Below, piece after piece: positions 54,394-60,978 of a stretch of 60,978 nt of DNA. This DNA comes from Candidatus Dojkabacteria bacterium (lineage in GTDB: Bacteria; Patescibacteriota; Dojkabacteria; B142; WJKM01). How positions within the stretch are numbered: position 1 is the first letter of the stretch; each line of letters starts with the position of its first letter. The stretch lies in the NCBI GenBank assembly GCA_014729085.1, contig WJKM01000017.1, positions 1 through 60,978 on the forward strand, written 5' to 3'. Under the pieces are notes generated by a model. The model had not been told where the DNA came from. It was given only the letters and a program-made list of their open reading frames with translations, and did not search any database. Position numbers and translations under genes: made by a program.

Positions 54394-57168
54394 TTATATA
54401 ATATCTTGTAGAATTCCTGTATCAATCGTTTTGATTTGTTCTTCAGAAATATCTAATATCCAATAATATAATCCATTTGTTATGTATATATCCCCTGTAG
54501 TCGAAGTCCATCCTGAAGTAATACCATTTCCTTCCCATGGAAATACTCCATCCACTTCAGATATCGACTGCCATATTTTATCTTCTTCAAATTCTCCGGA
54601 TTCGATCCATTGATGGGAACTGAGGTCTTGAATCCAATACTTATTTTTATTGACTATATACATATAATCTCCGTTTCGAGCCGTCCAGGCTGCAGTTACC
54701 CCTTCCCCCTCCCAAGGTTTAATACCTGAAACCGAAGGAGCCTTTTGCCAATATCTATGATCTGCTAGATTTCCCCAACTAATCAACTGGGTTAAAGTAG
54801 CGTTAAATATCCAATACTTATTCCGACTAATCAACATTACAGAATCTTGCTCACTGTTCACAAGTGATCCAGTAAAACCATACTTATAAATAGAATTGAT
54901 ATCATCGATATTCAGATTTATGTTTGATTCAATCAAATCTAGAATATTTCCATTTTCATAAAGAGTATTGTTAGATAAATCTAGAATTTGATATTTATTT
55001 TGGTATATTAGGCCTGTTTTTCCATTTATTGTCCAAGCAGCACTTAAGAACTTAGCATTAGAGTCTGAATCACTTATAGAAGAAGGGACCACAGACAAGG
55101 TACGAAATTCACAATTCTTATCTAAAGTCTTAGTGCAAGGTCCTTCTTCAAATATACTTATTTCATCCAAGAATCGCAGATCAGGTGATTCAAACTCCTG
55201 GTTATCTAGTATATATAAATATTGCCTATTATAAGCTGTTATATGTTCGATATGGTAATTATTTATTTTGTAAGTAGAATAAGTATCAAATTTACACACC
55301 GAACCTGGCATGCTGTATTTGCAAGGCCCTTTTTCATATTTATCTACCTCATCTAATCTCTTTTCATTATTATCCAATTCCCATTTGCCTTCAGAGTAAT
55401 TATAATAATAATCCCAAAATTTTCCGTCCAATGTTATTAGTTCATACAATTGACCATCTTCTGTATTAGTAATCAAATGTGTATCAAACCTACACTCAAC
55501 CTTTCCTTTGCATGGCCCTTTTGAATACCTTTCAACATCTGTGAGATATTCTGTTGACCTGATATCAAAGTTATCCTCCAAATTATTGAATAGCTCAATA
55601 TTCCAGTACCTGCCGTAGGCTGTAATAATTTCTACTTTCCTCCCTTTTTGCATAAAAATTGTAGAGGTATCAATTTTACATGGTGAATTATCTTCTTTAG
55701 GTTTAAACTCACATATTGTTTTATATTTAGGATAATTTGATATCTTTTCATTTTTCCAGGTATTTGTTATACCATTATGCACCCATACTTCTCCGTCAGT
55801 TGTAATGGTCGTTGTATAATCTTGACACTTGTTTGATTCAAATTCTGGATGTAAATTGCAGTATAGAGGATATCCATTTATAGAAAAATTATTCATTTCC
55901 GCTCTACCATTCCAAACACTTTTTTTATCTCTTTTACCATCTATCCAGGATATTTGTATGTATCTCGCTACTATTTCCTCCTCCAATTCAATAGTTATGA
56001 TACTTCCACTATCTTCATGGCTGATTTCTACTTCTTCAAGCTCCGTCCACTCTGAATTATCTATGGAATGAACTATAGAAATAATTGCTGTATCTCCAAA
56101 TTCATTCTCATAAAATACATTGGGATTCCAAGAAATATTAAATTCTAAATCTTCAATAATAAATGGTTCGATATAATCAATTACTACAAAACTATTTTCA
56201 ACGTTTTCATTAAACTCTTTTTGATTTGAATAATTCTTCCAAACTGTTGTGGGATCATTATCAATCAAATTTTTGGGGCCTTCTGTTTGATCTATAGTTC
56301 CGGCACTTTCGATTACCTTTGGAATGAACATATCTGTATTCTTCATTTCTTCAGCTGAGGTCTCACCCAGAACTTCCCCCTCATCTGGTTGAGTAGTAGG
56401 CTTAGCTTTTGGAGTATTCTTATTAATGGACAAATCCCTAGTTTCCGAAACCGGTGTTAGCTTTGGATTGCTTAATCGTGAATTAAAGAATATTAAACTT
56501 GCTACAAAAACAAACACAAATAATGCGGATAATGCGTAAGCAGGTTTAATATTTAAAAATCTTAAATATTTACTCCACTTTCTATCTTCCCCTACTTTTC
56601 TAGAATATCTTCTCGAATAATTTATTGTTTCGTCCCTATTATAATTTGATACTTCTTGATTTTGTTTTAACTGATCAATTTCTTTTCTTTTGGCACTTTG
56701 CTTCTCTTCCTTTAATATTCTAGGCTTTGTATCTTCTTCCAGGTTGGTTTTCAGTTTTGAATTAACCTCAAACTCCTTATCAATCATCTTATTAAAATCC
56801 ACAAACTCAAATTCTTTTTTTTCCTGTACTTCATCCTCTTGACTATACTCTAATGAACTACCTTCCTCATGAAGTTTACGAATATTTTCTTTAATTATTG
56901 AAACATAGTGCAAGGCAGGTTCTCCCTCTTCTTCTGTATTGCCGTATGCTTCCAGAAGATTTGCCGGTAATACCTGATCCAGGTCTGGATTATTATGATG
57001 AGAATCCTGTCTTGAAAAATTTTTTACAATATAAGAAGCATTATTGACATCAACTGTTTGTTGGCTTGCGGGGTAATTATAATTACTTTCTTCTTTAAAG
57101 ACCAATCTTTCAAAGAAGTTTGTTACCCTCTTGAATATCTTTTTAATACTGGATATAAATTGATTCAA
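54394..57168 (-). CDS. Large modular membrane-anchored protein: cytoplasmic N-terminus, TM, discoidin (F5/8 type C)-like domain, five Cys-pair repeats and Trp-rich propeller-like repeats
   Basis: TM segment YALSALFVFVFVASLIFF. NLIDNDPTTVWKN is a discoidin-like motif. Repeats of type GPCK...C(K/R/E)FDT...ITAYxRxW. C-terminal repeats of type AAWT..G..Y...NKYWI.DLS. Confidence 0.8.
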   Translation of the reverse strand: MNQFISSIKKIFKRVTNFFERLVFKEESNYNYPASQQTVDVNNASYIVKNFSRQDSHHNNPDLDQVLPANLLEAYGNTEEEGEPALHYVSIIKENIRKLHEEGSSLEYSQEDEVQEKKEFEFVDFNKMIDKEFEVNSKLKTNLEEDTKPRILKEEKQSAKRKEIDQLKQNQEVSNYNRDETINYSRRYSRKVGEDRKWSKYLRFLNIKPAYALSALFVFVFVASLIFFNSRLSNPKLTPVSETRDLSINKNTPKAKPTTQPDEGEVLGETSAEEMKNTDMFIPKVIESAGTIDQTEGPKNLIDNDPTTVWKNYSNQKEFNENVENSFVVIDYIEPFIIEDLEFNISWNPNVFYENEFGDTAIISIVHSIDNSEWTELEEVEISHEDSGSIITIELEEEIVARYIQISWIDGKRDKKSVWNGRAEMNNFSINGYPLYCNLHPEFESNKCQDYTTTITTDGEVWVHNGITNTWKNEKISNYPKYKTICEFKPKEDNSPCKIDTSTIFMQKGRKVEIITAYGRYWNIELFNNLEDNFDIRSTEYLTDVERYSKGPCKGKVECRFDTHLITNTEDGQLYELITLDGKFWDYYYNYSEGKWELDNNEKRLDEVDKYEKGPCKYSMPGSVCKFDTYSTYKINNYHIEHITAYNRQYLYILDNQEFESPDLRFLDEISIFEEGPCTKTLDKNCEFRTLSVVPSSISDSDSNAKFLSAAWTINGKTGLIYQNKYQILDLSNNTLYENGNILDLIESNINLNIDDINSIYKYGFTGSLVNSEQDSVMLISRNKYWIFNATLTQLISWGNLADHRYWQKAPSVSGIKPWEGEGVTAAWTARNGDYMYIVNKNKYWIQDLSSHQWIESGEFEEDKIWQSISEVDGVFPWEGNGITSGWTSTTGDIYITNGLYYWILDISEEQIKTIDTGILQDII

Positions 57169-57290
57169 TGGTTAATTCAATTAAAAATAAGTCCAAATTT
57201 GGGAACATTTTCTAATATATAGTATAGATAAAAATAAACAAGAAGAGAAGTTTTCAGTATTTAATATGGGGAAAACCTAAAATTTTTTAT

Positions 57291-58073
57291 TTAATCAATC
57301 TCCTGATATAGGATTTGGAAAAATTTTTCTCTGGCAAACATCTCATTCCACGGATCATGACCACATTTTTCTAGCAAATGAAATGATATATTCTCCATTA
57401 CTTCAGATAAAGGCTCCCTAACTCCATCATAAGGTACTGGATCGTAATCACCATGAATCACTACAGTTGGACACTTTATATCTCTACCAAAGTTTAATAA
57501 GGCTCCACTACGCCTTAAACGTGCAGCTTCAGTCCAAACAGATTTGTATATATCGAACTGAGTCTCAATGGTAGTTGAGATAGATGAAATCGGAGCGAAG
57601 TTATCTGTTTTTTGAAAAAGTTGACCAAATTTTCCAAATATTTTATCTTTATTATTAATTGATGGATCCTCCAATTGATTTTGAATTAATTCTATTTGCT
57701 CCTTTTCTTTTTTTGTAAGGCGACTCATACGCTTTTGCATCATCTCCTCCACAAATCTTTCCTCAAAAGGCCCACTTGAAACCAATATGAGCTTCTTAAC
57801 TTTCTGGGGAAATTTAGCTGCATATAAAAATCCAAGCCATGCCCCCCAAGACCAACCAATTACAATCAGCGGTGTTTGAGCATAATTTTCTATTCTTTTA
57901 TTTAACTCCGCAATTTGCCCTTGTACTGAATTCTCGCTTTGATAAGGTTCCATAACCCCATATTTTGAAGAAAGTTCTTCTGCTATTGGTGCCGCAGACC
58001 CTGGAGCTCCTGGGCCTCCATGTAAAACTACTATTTCATAAGGGGATTTTCCATATTTCTTAATATTTTTCAT
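57291..58073 (-). CDS. Alpha/beta-fold hydrolase
   Basis: HGGPG oxyanion region, nucleophile elbow GWSWG, and C-terminal HGDYD / GH motifs. Confidence 0.8.
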   Translation of the reverse strand: MKNIKKYGKSPYEIVVLHGGPGAPGSAAPIAEELSSKYGVMEPYQSENSVQGQIAELNKRIENYAQTPLIVIGWSWGAWLGFLYAAKFPQKVKKLILVSSGPFEERFVEEMMQKRMSRLTKKEKEQIELIQNQLEDPSINNKDKIFGKFGQLFQKTDNFAPISSISTTIETQFDIYKSVWTEAARLRRSGALLNFGRDIKCPTVVIHGDYDPVPYDGVREPLSEVMENISFHLLEKCGHDPWNEMFAREKFFQILYQEID

Positions 58074-58273
58074 AAGTCCTTAACGTAAATATTTTATTAT
58101 TTGCTTTCCAAGTTTATTCCTAGCTATTCTATATTAATATCAATAAAAGATTGTCTACCCAGCTTTCTTAGAATTTATTAGCCTTATTATTCATCAACAT
58201 TTATAGAATATAAATTCAGATGACCAAAGAATTATCTAATCGAACCTCCTAATTAACATAAAAAGAGGCTGAG

Positions 58274-58347
58274 CGGGACCAAGCGGGCTCGAACCGCCAA
58301 CCTCTCGCGTGACAGGCGAGTGCTCTAGCCAATTGAGCTATGATCCC
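58274..58347 (-). tRNA. tRNA-Asp (anticodon GUC)
   Basis: Hand-folded: acceptor GGGATCA/TGGTCCC, anticodon stem CTCGC/GCGAG, loop CTGTCAC, T-loop TTCGAGC. No encoded CCA. Confidence 0.88.
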
Positions 58348-58474
58348 GCTCAGCCTCTATGTCTGAGCGTACTATTCTGTTTTCAAATAACTATTTCGCT
58401 CAACAATTTTATCAAAAATTGTTCAAATAATCGACTTTTTCCCCAATTTTCTATTCTATATGCTTTTCAGTATA

Positions 58475-58558
58475 TGCTGACGAGAGGATTTGAACCTCCA
58501 CAGGATTTCTCCCACTACCCCCTCAAGGTAGCGCGTCTACCGATTCCGCCACGTCAGC
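58475..58558 (-). tRNA. tRNA-Leu (anticodon GAG), long variable arm
   Basis: Acceptor GCTGACG/CGTCAGC, anticodon stem CTACC/GGTAG, loop TTGAGGG, a variable arm of about 15 nt and T-loop TTCAAAT. Confidence 0.88.
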
Positions 58559-58622
58559 GAAGTATCTCTAGATAACTCTTACCTTCCATTACTCAGGCTA
58601 ATACAGAATAATTAACTAAAAA

Positions 58623-58696
58623 ATGCATCTGGAGGGACTCGAACCCCCAACCTGCGGTTCCGAAGACCGACGCTCTATCCAATTGAGCTACAGATG
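58623..58696 (-). tRNA. tRNA-Arg (anticodon UCG)
   Basis: Acceptor GCATCTG/CAGATGC, anticodon loop CTTCGGA with one mismatched closing pair in the stem, T-loop TTCGAGT. Confidence 0.8.
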
Positions 58697-58741
58697 CAGG
58701 AACTTTAATTATCAATTATACCAAATAGAAAGGAGAGATAA

Positions 58742-60064
58742 TTATTTGTTTTGAAAAAATATTATACAATCATGTATTGTCTTCTTCATTAGTTCAAATG
58801 GGGTTGAAAGTATTTTCCTAATATTTCGGAAATAATTCCGTCCTAAAACATACTCATCATCATACCCCTTAATCTGTACAATATCAAAACGAGGTTTTTT
58901 TCCCTTAATTTTGATACCTTCCTTCAATTCATACTTAACTCTTTTTTGATTTTTTACTGACTTTTTTGTAGCTAGAATTTGCCCCCCTTTTGCTGTCTCC
59001 TGAATATGTGCAGCTCTATTTACTACTCTACCCAGAACTGTATATTTCTTCGAACCTGGCCCTCCAATTACTCCTTCAAGAACATTCCCACTATCAAGAC
59101 CTATTCCCAAGCCTAAACTAAATTTTTTTAGATATGAATTTATTTTTTTATTAAAATCCACGGAAAACTTAATAGCATCAGATATTTCATCAAAAAAAGT
59201 AACAAATTCATCAGCGATAAATTCTGGTTTATACCCTTGATATTGATAGACATATTCCTCTACTAAGGTATAAAATTTTTCTAAAACTTCTAACACAAGC
59301 TTAATATCGTGTTTATTTGAAAAAGAAGTAAATCCTCGTATATCTCCAAAAACAATAGTTCTTCTTCTTTGCATCAAAATCATGTCGCCATTAAGCAAAT
59401 TATTTTTAATAACTTGTTTATCTATACTCCAATTGCTTATCTCTTCTAACTTATTACCAGTATAAGCAATCAAAGAACTTCTTGTTATTAATATAGAATG
59501 TGACAATAAATAACTAAATATGAATATTGATAAATTAATAAGTAAATAAAATATCGATGCCCTAATATTAAAAGAAAAAACATTAGATTCAGGAAAAAAA
59601 CCAAATACATCCTTATTACTTATTAATAGAAAAAAGGAGAGTAAAAAAAACCAACAAATTCTATGAATTTGGAATAAAAAATATATAATTCCTTTTAATA
59701 CTGGCTTGGTTGTTTGTATAAAATACTCTGTACTGGCTGCAATTAAAGAATATCCACCCAATACAAACAAAAAAAGAAGTAGATAATTATTGATCTCTCC
59801 ACTTAAAATTATTCCTATGCCACAAAAAAATATTATACTTGTATTGGCAATCAACTTGGAATATTTTCTATTAAACAGATCGATAACTTGCTTAAATATA
59901 ATACCTAATAGAAATGATAATAATACTAATAGAGGTTTATTATGCGAAGGATATAGAATAATAAAAAGATACAAGCCAAATATGAAAAACAGTTGTAAAT
60001 TCTTTGAAAAAAACTCCCAAAAAAATCTATAAACTATACGCTCTCGTAATAAAGTGCTCTGCAT
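58742..60064 (-). CDS. Membrane-anchored class III adenylate/guanylate cyclase
   Basis: About 6 N-terminal TM helices. The cyclase domain has IVFGDIRGFTSFS and GGPGSKKYTVLGRVVNRAAHIQE. Confidence 0.85.
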   Translation of the reverse strand: MQSTLLRERIVYRFFWEFFSKNLQLFFIFGLYLFIILYPSHNKPLLVLLSFLLGIIFKQVIDLFNRKYSKLIANTSIIFFCGIGIILSGEINNYLLLFLFVLGGYSLIAASTEYFIQTTKPVLKGIIYFLFQIHRICWFFLLSFFLLISNKDVFGFFPESNVFSFNIRASIFYLLINLSIFIFSYLLSHSILITRSSLIAYTGNKLEEISNWSIDKQVIKNNLLNGDMILMQRRRTIVFGDIRGFTSFSNKHDIKLVLEVLEKFYTLVEEYVYQYQGYKPEFIADEFVTFFDEISDAIKFSVDFNKKINSYLKKFSLGLGIGLDSGNVLEGVIGGPGSKKYTVLGRVVNRAAHIQETAKGGQILATKKSVKNQKRVKYELKEGIKIKGKKPRFDIVQIKGYDDEYVLGRNYFRNIRKILSTPFELMKKTIHDCIIFFQNK

Positions 60065-60580
60065 TTTCTGTCCTAAATTTAATTTACTTTCTTTATTATT
60101 CTAGATCTTTTCTCTAGTTAAATCAACTTATAAGTTTAGTTATATTGCTAGTATATATCTTCATTAATTTTATCTCCTTTTTTAATTAATAACCCATTAT
60201 TTCATTTACTATTAACTATACATCTTACAGTCGGATATTCTGCATTCGAGTAACCTTGAGCCCAAGTCACAATACAACTATCATATGTGCTACCATCTGA
60301 ATGGTCTTGAACTCAAAATACCTATCTTGTAGAAGTATTGGATTGTATTAATTTTGGAGCAACTTTTACTATCTTACTGCTATTCACTCCCGTATTCACA
60401 ATTCATACGAAAATTGTTCTTATTATGATGTTATTATTTTTTATTACAAGTATTGATTAAAATAGAATAAGAACAACTATATTTATACTTTTAGATGATT
60501 AGAATATTATCCCAGCATATCCTATAACTTATACTTTTCGTATTGCATCAATTAAAATCAGAAATATAACAGTTGAAGAA

Positions 60581-60651
60581 AGCGAGGTACGAGACTCGAA
60601 CTCGCGTCGTCTCCTTGGGAAGGAGATGTACTACCCCTGTACTAACCTCGC
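60581..60651 (-). tRNA. tRNA-Gly (anticodon CCC)
   Basis: Acceptor GCGAGGT/ACCTCGC, anticodon stem TCTCC/GGAGA, loop TTCCCAA, T-loop TTCGAGT. 71 nt, no CCA. Confidence 0.88.
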
Positions 60652-60702
60652 ATACAGAATGAAATCAATAAAAGCGGTAAATATATTTAATAAAAACAAT
60701 AA

Positions 60703-60978
60703 CTAAAATTTATCCTCATACTCTTTCCTTGATTTCTTCTTCCTCTTTTTCTCTATTTTCCTCTTCTCATATTTATCAAAATATGCAACTATGTATTTTC
60801 CTCCTACCTTCTTAAAATTAAACCACATCTTCTCTACCAAGTCCAGCCTATATGCTAGTACTCCTACTATTACCAACAATATCGAAAATATTATCAGATC
60901 TATCTCATCTCCTACTATTGCTGTTGGCGGTAATTCACATAAATCTTCACATTCATGATCTATGCAGTATGGTAAAAC
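60703..60978 (-). CDS. 3' end of a CDS running off the window: hypothetical with one TM and a K/R-rich tail
   Basis: Hand translation of the minus strand is open from 60978 to TAG at 60703-60705: ...CIDHECEDLCELPPTAIVGDEIDLIIFSILLVIVGVLAYRL...KRKKKSRKEYEDKF*. No start lies within the window. Confidence 0.45.
   Translation of the reverse strand, partial: VLPYCIDHECEDLCELPPTAIVGDEIDLIIFSILLVIVGVLAYRLDLVEKMWFNFKKVGGKYIVAYFDKYEKRKIEKKRKKKSRKEYEDKF

Noticed and set aside
58309-58575. The 88-aa ORF from the track
   Set aside because: It overlaps tRNA-Asp and tRNA-Leu on the opposite strand and is an artefact of the tRNA cluster.
60230-60330. A possible gene remnant in the 515-bp non-coding stretch before tRNA-Gly. 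The minus-strand frame reads VQDHSDGSTYDSCIVTWAQGYSNAEYPTVRCIVNSK*.
   Set aside because: It is only about 36 codons, is bounded upstream by TGA and has no start codon or recognisable motif. This is insufficient to call a pseudogene.
1-60978. An alternative genetic code (UGA recoding, as in some CPR lineages)
   Set aside because: Long uninterrupted ORFs with conserved motifs are obtained under the standard code, and TGA terminates well-defined genes, for example 6488-7363.

Overview
This is a low-GC, gene-dense bacterial window with about 50 CDS and 5 tRNAs. It uses the standard genetic code, since TGA serves as a stop. About a dozen start codons I inspected had no obvious GGAGG-type Shine-Dalgarno motif upstream. 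None of the five tRNAs encodes a 3' CCA. The style fits an uncultivated, reduced-genome lineage, possibly CPR/Patescibacteria-like, but that is inference only.

The content is dominated by the cell envelope:
- Three SLH-domain surface proteins.
- A Wzm/Wzt ABC-transporter glycan cluster with GT4 enzymes and methyltransferases.
- Several GT-C/ArnT-like membrane glycosyltransferases.
- A polyprenyl-phosphate GT2-GtrA fusion.
- A second cluster containing a GT4-GT4 fusion, a membrane GT2, an acyltransferase and a DUF2341-like protein.
- An ECF sigma / anti-sigma / PEGA-CARDB module.
- Several very acidic repeat proteins.

Housekeeping genes are interspersed: fmt, lgt, PNP, rnhB, rplS, a recX-like gene, sppA, a VanY-type peptidase and an M20 peptidase.

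The most unusual structure is at 1-6385. Three co-oriented arrays of 0.45-0.5 kb bracket two paralogous SLH protein genes like cassettes. Each array is made of ~188-bp mosaic units built from one 11-nt core that forms two hairpin types, one of them GNRA-looped.

Other points worth follow-up:
- A strongly structured RNA-like element upstream of the first SLH gene.
- A 113-bp near-identical repeat pair 18.7 kb apart, one copy abutting tRNA-Lys.
- A higher-GC islet of orphan Cys-rich small proteins next to tRNA-Lys, with a duplicated tRNA 3' fragment.
- An identical AGGTGTAA-N16-TACGTCTA motif upstream of both the ECF sigma gene and a dockerin-like gene.
- A tRNA-Asp whose flanks extend the acceptor helix by 10 bp.

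All functional calls come from motif recognition by eye. No database search was run.
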